A stretch of DNA of 64,000 nt from an uncultured Nitrospiraceae bacterium (GTDB lineage: Bacteria; Nitrospirota; Thermodesulfovibrionia; Thermodesulfovibrionales; UBA6898), in NCBI GenBank assembly GCA_963811165.1, contig CAWEQH010000001.1, positions 96,001-160,000 of the forward strand. The letters are read 5' to 3'. The notes beneath the pieces are model-generated. The model worked only from the letters and a program-made list of their open reading frames with translations. It had not been told where the DNA came from and made no database searches. Below are positions 53,738 through 64,000 of the stretch, piece after piece. A program made the position numbers and the translations under genes. Numbering within the stretch: position 1 is the stretch's first letter; the number at the start of each line of letters is the position of its first letter.

Positions 53738-53780
53738 ATACCATGAAAATCGAATATCAGTATTTCGATTTTCATGGTAT
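53738..53780. promoter_or_regulatory. Perfect 17-bp inverted repeat just upstream of the ATPase start
   Basis: ATACCATGAAAATCGAA-N9-TTCGATTTTCATGGTAT. Confidence 0.65.
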
Positions 53781-53800
53781 TGTTCGACATAGCCGCCGAG

Positions 53801-53966
53801 TGTTAACAGGCATGCTTAATTGACCCACTTAATAGCCTTATAGGCATTCAACCGAGACCCAGCCTCCAAGGACCCCGTGCCTCGACGTTATTAAATCAAT
53901 GAGCCGCTGAACACCCCAATCAAACTTGGACGCCGATGGTGGGTCAATTTTCAGTGCCGATGTACT
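53801..53966. mobile_element. IS21-like MITE, full copy (166 bp)
   Basis: TGTTAACAGGCATGCTTAATTGACCCACT ... GGTGGGTCAATTTTCAGTGCCGATGTAC. Confidence 0.7.
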
Positions 53967-54052
53967 AAGGGGGGCTGCAGACCTATAAAAAAGGCTGCCT
54001 TTTTCCGCCCACACTCATATACAAACATACAAACCCTCCCAAGGTAAACATT

Positions 54053-54841
54053 TCAGTCATCCAAGCTTTCTTTCACCTCCAGAAAACTTAAGACCTGATC
54101 ATATCTTCCCAAGGGAATGGAAAGTTCCTTGAGCTTTCCACTGACCCTACGGTCTGTCCATGCTTCTGACTCTACCGTGTAAAAGTCTTTGGGAAGAGAT
54201 TTACCCTGGAAATATTCATAGGCCATTGATTCTGGGTGGACCTTTCCTCTAATGTTCAGATAAATGGGGCACCACTTACTGTCTATTACAAACCACTTAA
54301 TCCGATCCGAAGACGAGCATACGAGGGCATACTCAGGTCTCAGCGTCACAAAGCGTATTGCCGCGGCAGTCAAAGACACGGAGAAGGTTTCATAGAGGGA
54401 CTCAAGAAGCGCTGAACTCAACTCCTTGCCGGCAACTTTTTTCCTGAATATCTCCTCGGGCATGATGAGTTCTCCGGCAAAGTAATTAGCCTCAACTTCC
54501 AGATGCTGGTTGTCTGCATTCCACTTTAGAAAATCAGCCTCACTGCAAGAGATAAGGGGGACTTCCTGGCGGTGAAGTTCATAATGGCCCAGCTCATGCG
54601 CCATTACGAACCTCTTCCTTCCCTCCTCCGGGATATCCTCCCTCACAGTGATGAGACCCTGAGAATCAAGAGTTGCCAAACGGCCGTCTGCACCTTTCAT
54701 GGACTCTTGTTTGATTATTGCACCCAGCCGAAAGGCGATGGCCTCAAGGTCAATATCAGAGGGCTCCTCGACAGGGAGCTCTTTAACGATCTCTTTAGCC
54801 CGGCGAATAGCAGCGCCTTTATCGGGAGTTTTGGTCATCAC
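54053..54841 (-). CDS. ImmA/IrrE family zinc metallopeptidase
   Basis: RKRFVMAHELGH, EVEANYFAGELIMP, FSVSLTAAAIR. Confidence 0.92.
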   Translation of the reverse strand: MMTKTPDKGAAIRRAKEIVKELPVEEPSDIDLEAIAFRLGAIIKQESMKGADGRLATLDSQGLITVREDIPEEGRKRFVMAHELGHYELHRQEVPLISCSEADFLKWNADNQHLEVEANYFAGELIMPEEIFRKKVAGKELSSALLESLYETFSVSLTAAAIRFVTLRPEYALVCSSSDRIKWFVIDSKWCPIYLNIRGKVHPESMAYEYFQGKSLPKDFYTVESEAWTDRRVSGKLKELSIPLGRYDQVLSFLEVKESLDD

Positions 54842-55346
54842 CTTTTTTCTCTTTTAGATGTCGCAGCCTGAGATAATCCTCATACAATTTTCTGAGGTCC
54901 TCGTAAGGCATATCCTTGAAATTTCTGAAATATGCCCCTGCCAGTTGTTCACCACTGATAAGCTCCCTTATCTTCTCCTTCAAAGCGGCCGTGCCTTCCG
55001 GGATATCCGGAATGAATTCATTCAGTTTTTCAAGCGCCGCAATCGTCCGGTTGTATCGTACTCATCATTATCGAAAAGATGGCTAACCTGGCTGTTGACG
55101 ACACCTTGAAAAAAGTAAAAAAGATTGTCCTTCTTCTCATAGTCCCAGGAAACTGTTTCGTCCCACAACTTCCCAATGGCGTCGATAACCTGGTCTTCAG
55201 CTATCTGTTCAATCTTCGAACCACCCAGAGGACTATTGTCATAGAAAAAGTGCCTTCTCAGCTTACTACGAGCATGTTTCAATAACTTTGGATTATATCA
55301 TTTCAGTTAGCCTGGTCCAGCAGCTCTCTTTTCTTCTTATCCAACC
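54819..55346 (-). pseudogene. Decayed sigma-70-like gene fused to the remnant of a small pre-ImmA gene
   Basis: LDKKKRELLDQAN*NDII, frameshift, KHARSKL..AEDQVIDAIGKLW..FFQGVVNSQVSHL, then in another frame LEKLNEF..AYFRNFKDMPYEDLRKLYEDYLRL overlapping the ImmA start. Confidence 0.55.
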
Positions 55347-55521
55347 ATCGGACCTCCTTTGCCTGCGTCGTTGCTATATTATGCCGCCGACTTTTCATTT
55401 TTTGCCATTGGGGTTGTGTTTTCCGGAATGGCAAAATTTCAAGGGTCGGCGGCAATATATATTAAGGGCAGATAGCCCTGTCTCCAATTTGGAGAAAATC
55501 CTTTAAAAGGAGGTAGTTAGG

Positions 55522-55800
55522 ATGGAAGAGACAGTGAAGCAGGGTGAAGGACACGGAGGACAAGACAGTGAGCATGAACATGGGGCCTACGTCATGATCA
55601 CGGTGAATACTATACCCGTGAGTATCCATCGCGGGCATAGGACGGTTGCGGAGATCAAGACAGCAGCAAACGTTCCCCTTGCCGATGACCTGGAACAGGT
55701 CATCGACGGAAAGCTTACACCTTTAGCCGATGACGGGTCTGTCACTCTGAAGGGTGGCGAGCAGTTTATCAGTCACCCCAAAGACGGCTCGTCTTCTTAG
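55522..55800 (+). CDS. Ubiquitin-like (multiubiquitin-type beta-grasp) protein, BilA-like
   Basis: ITVN...TVAEIK....LKGGEQFISHPKDGSSS; AGGAGG SD; first gene of the operon. Confidence 0.8.
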   Translation: MEETVKQGEGHGGQDSEHEHGAYVMITVNTIPVSIHRGHRTVAEIKTAANVPLADDLEQVIDGKLTPLADDGSVTLKGGEQFISHPKDGSSS

Positions 55801-55815
55801 GTCAGGAGGAATACC

Positions 55816-56154
55816 ATGGAATTTCCATCTGATCAGATTGAAGAGCTGAAAGCTCTTACCGACAGCGTAAGCGTAAGCGAGGAGGGAGGGTTTGCGTATT
55901 TACTGCTGCCCTCCCTGCAGCTTCCGCCCGGATGCAGTCCGGAAAAGGTTGACGCCCTCCTTTGTCCGATGCAGCGCGATGGGTATCCATCAAGGCTGTT
56001 TTTTGCGGAATCGATACAGTCGCGTGAACAGAGGAACTGGAATGCAAACGGGGTAAGGATCCTTGAGAGGAACTGGTATGCATTTTCCTGGACTGTACCA
56101 GCTGGACTAAGGCTCGCCCAACTGGTCGGGGCACACTTGAAGGGGTTGAGATGA
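55816..56154 (+). CDS. Prokaryotic E2-like protein, BilB-like
   Basis: LQLPPG, LLCP..RDGYPSRLFF, NWN..ILERNWYAFSW. Confidence 0.75.
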   Translation: MEFPSDQIEELKALTDSVSVSEEGGFAYLLLPSLQLPPGCSPEKVDALLCPMQRDGYPSRLFFAESIQSREQRNWNANGVRILERNWYAFSWTVPAGLRLAQLVGAHLKGLR

Positions 56155-56819
56155 CTATTCATTTTAAGATTACGAAACCATTACTCGATCAAATCCGGGG
56201 GGACCTCTCTCGTCCGCACCCGTTTGCTTTTGAACGGGTCGGGTTCTTGTTTGTGAAGCAGGGTACGGCCGCCTTTCCATGTGATCCGGGTCATCCCCCC
56301 CTTTCCAGTGACGGAGTTGCTCCGTTTTTACGTAGGTGGTATTACCGGTTTTTGTCCTGGTTTGCCTTAACACGCCATGAGACTAATGAAACGTCATTAA
56401 GGGGAATAGGGAAGCAACTGGAAAACACCCTAATGGTACTGGCAGGATCGTACTTGCCCGTCTCTGACGAAGACTATATTGACGACCCCACCGTAGGGGC
56501 AAAAATAGGTTCGACTGCCATCCGAAGCGCCATGCAACACTCCCTGGATACAGGCATGGGAGTAATGCACGTGCACATGCACGAGGGCAAGGGACGCCCC
56601 GGGTTCTCATCGACGGACAGGAACAGCATGAACAAATTGATGCCGTCCTTTTTCAACGTGAGTCCAGACGTACCCCATGGGGCGCTGGTATTCAATCAGG
56701 ACTGTATTGCCGGCGTTGTCTGGAAGGACAAAAAGGCATCACTTATTATTTCGCGAGTGTCTGTTGTCGGATATCCGTGTGAATTTAGTGGAGGTATAAG
56801 CCATGTCAGAGCGTTATAG
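56151..56819 (+). CDS. JAB/JAMM peptidase (deubiquitinase), BilC-like
   Basis: ERVGF; HVHMH...FSSTD JAMM motif; PHGALV. Confidence 0.8.
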   Translation: MTIHFKITKPLLDQIRGDLSRPHPFAFERVGFLFVKQGTAAFPCDPGHPPLSSDGVAPFLRRWYYRFLSWFALTRHETNETSLRGIGKQLENTLMVLAGSYLPVSDEDYIDDPTVGAKIGSTAIRSAMQHSLDTGMGVMHVHMHEGKGRPGFSSTDRNSMNKLMPSFFNVSPDVPHGALVFNQDCIAGVVWKDKKASLIISRVSVVGYPCEFSGGISHVRAL

Positions 56820-57612
56820 TAGGCAGTCTTTTCTTGGCATCAATTCTGAGGACATTATAGCCAGTTGCGTCATGGGTGTTGTCGGCCTCGGTGGTGGCGG
56901 ATCCCCTGTTGTGCAGCAGTCGGCTCATGCAGGGATCAAGAATTATGTGCTATATGATTTTGATCATCTCGAAGGGTCCAATCTCAATAGAACCGTGACA
57001 GGGAACCTTGAGGATGCAAAGCAGAATAAGACTAAGCTGGAATTAGCCGAGAGACTAATCAGAGGGCTTCATCCCGATGCGAATATAGTCCCCATAGCTA
57101 CCAGGTGGCAAGACACCCCGTTGCCGTTAAGGGAATGTGACATTATAATAGGCTGCATTGATGGGTTTGATGCACGGCGGCAACTGGAAACAACCGCCAG
57201 GAGATATCTTATCCCCTACATTGATATTGGTCTCGATGTCAATTACGTGGAGCCTAAGCCGCCGAGGATGAGCGGCCAGGTGATACTGACCATGCCAGGA
57301 GGTCCATGCCTTACATGCTTGGGCTTCCTGAACGAGCGCAACCTGGCAAAAGAAGCTACGGATTATGGTGCTGCAGGAATCAGGCCCCAGGTTGTCTGGG
57401 CAAACGGGGTAATAGCTTCGACTGCAGTGGGACTAGCGATAGACCTTATGACGGGATGGACAGAGACATCCCCCAAGGTTGTATACCTTCAGTATGATGG
57501 CAACAACGGTACGATGATGCCACATACAAGACTAAAGTATCTCGACATTGATGCTGACTGCCCGCATTATCTCTCTGAGACTGTTGGAGATCCCGTGTTC
57601 AAGAAACTGTAA
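56803..57612 (+). CDS. ThiF/E1-like activating enzyme, BilD-like
   Basis: RYSRQ, GLGGGGS, D.D..EGSNLNR, GCID...R, CLTC, C-terminal CP. Confidence 0.9.
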   Translation: MSERYSRQSFLGINSEDIIASCVMGVVGLGGGGSPVVQQSAHAGIKNYVLYDFDHLEGSNLNRTVTGNLEDAKQNKTKLELAERLIRGLHPDANIVPIATRWQDTPLPLRECDIIIGCIDGFDARRQLETTARRYLIPYIDIGLDVNYVEPKPPRMSGQVILTMPGGPCLTCLGFLNERNLAKEATDYGAAGIRPQVVWANGVIASTAVGLAIDLMTGWTETSPKVVYLQYDGNNGTMMPHTRLKYLDIDADCPHYLSETVGDPVFKKL

Positions 57613-57848
57613 GCATACCTCTAAACACCTTGTTACCGCAAGTTGGCACTGGCGCACCTCGGTCTGGCTGAAAATAGGGACTTTTCTTCGCCGTGCTACT
57701 TTGAACTGCAGCACAGCATATTGCAGATTAATGTTTAGTCAAACAGCTTTCTTTGTTGCGTGAAAAATCATAGGATCGAGTGAGTAGCGTATGGATGCCG
57801 ATGACCGCTCCCTATGGAATCTGCTAGAAAAAATAATTATCTGAAACA

Positions 57849-58427
57849 TTATAATCCCTCAGGTGTGGTCTGTCCATGAAATTGACTTGGATAGAAATAT
57901 ATTTCACCTTCAACTTTTTCAAAGACGAGTTGACATATATACATTTCGGGATAAAGAGATATGGGATTTTCTCCAAGATTCATCAGTTCAAGTGTGATTG
58001 TTCCATTAAAGCCAGCATGAATCGTAGGCGCTGTCAAATGTATTACCAGTCCACATCTTGCAAGCGAGCTTTTGCCTTCTATTCTTGCTGCATAATTTGG
58101 GCCTGTAGGATTTATAGGTAAATGAACATTTTCTAACGTATTAGATATTGCAAAGACACGCGGTTGCAAATTAAACCCGCCGATGCGGTCAATTTCTTTT
58201 GCCTCATATGCGTCTCTTAAAAAGGACGCAATGTTTTTCTTTCTTAAATCAAATGCAAACGGGTAATTCTTTTTGGGTATCGATATAGTATTTCCTAATC
58301 TTAAATCTAATGCAGTTGTGTTGAAGGGATTTTCTGAACTTTTCTCGACAGGCAAGACAGGTTTCGGATCTATAATAATATGACCTTCGTTAAGTGCTTT
58401 AAGTATTTCCGAATTACTAAGAACCAT
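57849..58427 (-). CDS. dcd: dCTP deaminase (trimeric dUTPase fold)
   Basis: MVLSNSEI, LDLRLG, IEGKSSLARCGL, IHAGFNGTITLEL, ICQLVFE, F.GQ. Confidence 0.9.
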   Translation of the reverse strand: MVLSNSEILKALNEGHIIIDPKPVLPVEKSSENPFNTTALDLRLGNTISIPKKNYPFAFDLRKKNIASFLRDAYEAKEIDRIGGFNLQPRVFAISNTLENVHLPINPTGPNYAARIEGKSSLARCGLVIHLTAPTIHAGFNGTITLELMNLGENPISLYPEMYICQLVFEKVEGEIYFYPSQFHGQTTPEGL

Positions 58428-58434
58428 TTCTTCC

Positions 58435-58704
58435 TTATTTTTCTCTTACCTCACTCCTTGAAACCCATACTGTTCTGCCTATATTTTCTAAGGGATCAAA
58501 TGGTAGATAAACTAAACAAGAATCTTCTTTGCATTGAACAATGCTGACCTGAACAAGATTTTTCTTTGCATCTATTAGCTTCTTAGAAGCAAAAAAGGAA
58601 AATTCGCCCATATCGGTACTTTTACATAAGACAGCAAGCTCATTAGGAAACATTCCTTCCGATAAATTACATTGTAGCCAGCCCTCTTTCATTGAAACCT
58701 CCAT
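58435..58704 (-). CDS. Hypothetical protein
   Basis: 89-aa ORF translationally coupled between the HTH gene and dcd; GMFPNE motif. Confidence 0.7.
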   Translation of the reverse strand: MEVSMKEGWLQCNLSEGMFPNELAVLCKSTDMGEFSFFASKKLIDAKKNLVQVSIVQCKEDSCLVYLPFDPLENIGRTVWVSRSEVREK

Positions 58705-58910
58705 TATTTAACTTTATTGCCGCCGACTTCTCGACTCCCAACCCATTCAATAACTCTACTCTTCAGGAACCTCACGGTTCCGCGCTTGCCCGGTGAAAGT
58801 TGCGAGTAAGGAATTGGATTTTCGTCATCGCTCATCATTTTTCGAAGATTGCTTTCTGATACCCCAAGTAATGCACAGCATTCTTGAGTGTTAAGAATTT
58901 CCTTCTCCAT
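58704..58910 (-). CDS. Excisionase-like (HTH_17/AlpA-type) DNA-binding protein
   Basis: ILNTQECCALLGVSESNLRK..IPY....VRFLKSRVIEW. Confidence 0.85.
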   Translation of the reverse strand: MEKEILNTQECCALLGVSESNLRKMMSDDENPIPYSQLSPGKRGTVRFLKSRVIEWVGSREVGGNKVK

Positions 58911-59184
58911 ATAGATACATTACGCAGGTAATTAATTCAAATAAGAAATTTTAATAAAGAATACCACCATTTTTTTATACTGTCAATATAAAAAATGTTA
59001 TTTGTGGTTATTTGCTGTTATTGACAACAATATGGCCGTATTATACGCCGTGCAAGACTTTAGGAAGAAATCTGCGGCAAGTCCGAAGGGTATCAAACGG
59101 CAATACGGAGAAGCTTGAGAAACAGAATCGTCAGATTAAATGTGAGGCGCAGATGGAGTTTATCAACCACCACCGCTACTACAA

Positions 59185-59367
59185 CTAAACATCTATATTC
59201 CTCGCTTCAAGCGCATGCTTGACTATAAAATCTTTTCTCGGCTCTACCTGGTCTCCCATAAGGATCGTGAATATCTCGTCCGCCTGGACGCTGTCCTCAA
59301 TTCTCACCTGGAGGAGCGTCCTCTTCTCCGAGTCCATCATCGTCTCCCAAAGTTGCTGAGGGTTCAT
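59185..59367 (-). repeat. Diverged duplicate of the last ~60 codons of gyrB (att-like scar)
   Basis: Aligns without gaps to 61692-61874; about 23 mismatches in 183 nt by eye. Confidence 0.92.
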
Positions 59368-59726
59368 TTTCCCGTTTACCAAGCTTCATTGGCTTTATTG
59401 TCCATTCACACTCAATAGGATAAAGATCAACAAACTCGCGGTCTTTCAGGGAAAGCATACCAGAAAAATATTTCATGAGGACGAATGGTGGTTTTCCATT
59501 ATTGACGTCATCGAGGTTTTGGTTGGGGGTGACAGGCCGAGAAAATACTGGAACGACCTTAAAAAGAAGCTTTTTCAGGAGGGATATGATCAGTTGTCCG
59601 AAAAAATCGGACAACTGAAATTGCAGTCATCCGACGGGAAGTTTTACGCCTCTGACTGTGCAAACACTGAAACCATGTTCCGCATTATCCAGTCAATTCC
59701 ATCGCCAAAGGTGGAGCCGCTTAAAC

Positions 59727-61568
59727 CGTATTTTCTTTTATGAAAACACCAATAAATCCATATTTGGCAAGATGCTACTGGATTTTTGGCTTTCAAATGT
59801 AGCCATATAAATTAGCATTTTATACTTGACATAGCTATTGTTATACTCTATAATAGTAGCCATGCCATTAAAGAAGAAGCCACGTCCCCACCTCGAAATA
59901 CAAACCTCCGGCAACAAGTGTTACGGGGTCATCCGCACCACATTCCGTGAGAAGGGCGAAATCAGACACACAACTCATGGGACCATCAAGGATATGAGCC
60001 TTGAACAATTAAAGCTCATACAGGCCGCCTTCAGAGGCGATGTGCTGGTAAGGGGTTCAGCCGACGCTCAAAAAGTTACAGAATCGAAGGAGTACGGCGC
60101 TTCCTATGCGGCATTGCAGTTGGCGAAGGAATTAGAGTTGGACAAAATGATCTATTCGAGATATTCCGAGCAGTGGGTTAAAGACTGTCTCGCCATGATA
60201 GTCGGCCGTCTGGTATATAGCGGCAGCAAGCTGGCGTTATCGCACAGATGGGAGGACACGGCACTATGGGAACTCTGCGGGATAGAAGGGGCGGTACGTA
60301 GATAAACAGTGCTATGGGCCTATGGATCGTCTTTTACAGAGGCAGGATGCGATCCAAATGACATTGGCGAAAAAGCATCTCCGAAACGGGGCGCTTGTAC
60401 TTTACGATATAACCAGCAGCTATTTTGAAGGCGAGTATGAAGACAGTGAGATCGTTAAATTCGGATATAACCGTGACGGTAAGCGGGGGCATGAACAGAT
60501 GGTGATAGGGCTGCTTTGCAGTCCTGATGGCTGCCCTGTGGGTGTGGAAGTTTTCCCTGGAAATACGCAGGATGCCCAAACGGTCCTCGATAAGATAGCT
60601 GAGGTGCAGAAAAGATACGGGATACAGGAGATAATTTTTATTGGGGATCGCGGAATGGTCACTCATGCCAATTACGAGAAGGTCAAAGATGTGAAAGGGC
60701 TCAATACAGTATCGGCATTAACTCACCGTCAGATAAACGAGCTTTTGCAACGCAAGGTGATCCAGGTGGACATGTTTGATGAAAAGGAGATTGTTGAAGT
60801 AGTGGATCCCCAAGACCCGGCACGGCGATACTGTTTATGCCGTAATCCAAAAACCGCAACGAGGGAAGCAACTACACGCAAAGGCTTGCTTGAGGTCACC
60901 AGAAAGCATTAGACAGGATAGCCCAATCAAAACGGAAGTCGACAACCGAGAAGATAGCGGCAAGAGTAGGAAAGATTATTGGAAAGACAAAGACAGAGAA
61001 ATTCGTAGAGTGGGCAGTACAGGATGGGCATCTCACCTGGAAATTCAAAACAGATAAGATCGAGGCTGAGGAATTGATTGACGGCTGTTATATAATTGCC
61101 TCCGATGTTCCTGCCGGGCTGATGGCAAAACAGGAAATAGTTGCGGCATATAAAAAGCTCGCGCTTGTAGAACAGGCTTTTCGTAACCTAAAAAGCGTAC
61201 AACTTGAAGTGCGGCCCGTTTATCACAAAACAGATGAGCGAATCCGCTGTCATGTGTTTATTTGCATACTTGCCTATTACTTGCAGTGGCATATGACCAG
61301 AGGCTGAAACCTCTGTTTCAGTCTGACGGCAAGAATAAAAACCGTAAGTGGACATTTGAGTATGTGATTGAGAGATTAAAGAGCATAAGAAGACAGACAC
61401 TTCAAATGCAGGGGGCTTCGTGCAGAATAGTTTGCACTCCCGATAACAATCAGCAAAAGATTCTCGATCTGCTTAAGGTAAAATTGTAGCCATTTTCTTG
61501 AAATCGGAAATCGCCCACGAATCATTGCAGCATATGGAGTTCCTCGCAGTTTTAAAAAAGAAGATACG
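59727..61568 (+). mobile_element. IS1634 family insertion sequence (1842 bp)
   Basis: Terminal IRs CGTATTTTCTTT/AAAGAAGATACG; 6-bp TTAAAC target duplication at 59721-59726 and 61569-61574. Confidence 0.9.
59862..61489 (+). pseudogene. IS1634 transposase, split by several frameshifts
   Basis: LYDITSSYFEG, GYNRDGK, GDRGM, VEQAFRNLKS, RPVYH, HVFICILAY across four ORF pieces; upstream TTGACA-17-TATAAT. Confidence 0.88.
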
Positions 61569-61691
61569 TTAAACGCTGGCTGGCACGGGTCGGCAAAGAG
61601 CGGATTGACGAGATAGAAAACCCTGAACTCTCCATGGAGCGGATGAAAGAGCTTTATGAAAAAAAGGGGTATCCTGCAGTTGTACAACTAA

Positions 61692-64000
<2,309 letters not shown>

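Larger units (their letters stand above)
59420..61690 (+). pseudogene. BRO-N family gene interrupted by IS1634 and 3'-truncated
   Basis: WWFSIIDVIEVL..PRKYWNDLKKKL..IIQSIPSPKVEPLK, then IS, then RWLARVGKERIDEIENPEL..YEKKGYP. Confidence 0.85.

Noticed and set aside
43822..53966. The ~165-bp repeats as integron attC sites
   Set aside because: No GTTRRRY/RYYYAAC cores and no integron integrase; the ends look IS-like.
56803..57612. ThiF/MoeB cofactor biosynthesis or CBASS Cap2/Cap3
   Set aside because: No thi/moa genes or CD-NTase nearby; the adjacent Ubl, E2 and JAB genes fit a Bil-like operon.
59030..59184. Integrase remnant beside the gyrB duplicate
   Set aside because: No recombinase motif could be read in any frame.
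59185..59382. 65-aa ORF as a functional mini-GyrB
   Set aside because: The start lies outside the homologous segment and has no SD; better explained as an integration scar.

Overview
Bacterial chromosome segment. Gene content suggests an anaerobe, probably Nitrospirota/Thermodesulfovibrionia-like (inference), and probably near the origin (gyrA, rsmG, mnmG, gyrB). About 1-50 kb is mostly housekeeping and energy metabolism: gyrA, nfi, mnmG, a TPR protein, ferritin, pepN, gdh, a liv ABC transporter, a 13-haem cytochrome c with a cytochrome b, queF, gap-pgk, speD, hisGD, c-di-GMP enzymes, SulP and a PerR/rubredoxin cluster. About 50.4-61.7 kb is an accessory island next to the gyrB 3' end. It holds a four-gene Ubl-E2-JAB-E1 (Bil-like) operon with a divergent, partly decayed sigma-like/ImmA-IrrE regulator, a low-GC HTH-hypothetical-dCTP deaminase module, Fic/VapC/MazG/BRO remnants, two MITE types, an IS1634 with a 6-bp target duplication and a diverged second gyrB 3' end. 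Outside the island, two small membrane paralogues and the cytochrome N-terminus share a helix motif and a ~44-bp upstream DNA motif, and a 140-nt rod-shaped ncRNA candidate lies upstream of ferritin. Frameshifts cluster at 59.8-64 kb and may be sequencing errors. No tRNA, rRNA or CRISPR array was seen. All calls are by eye; no database searches were run.
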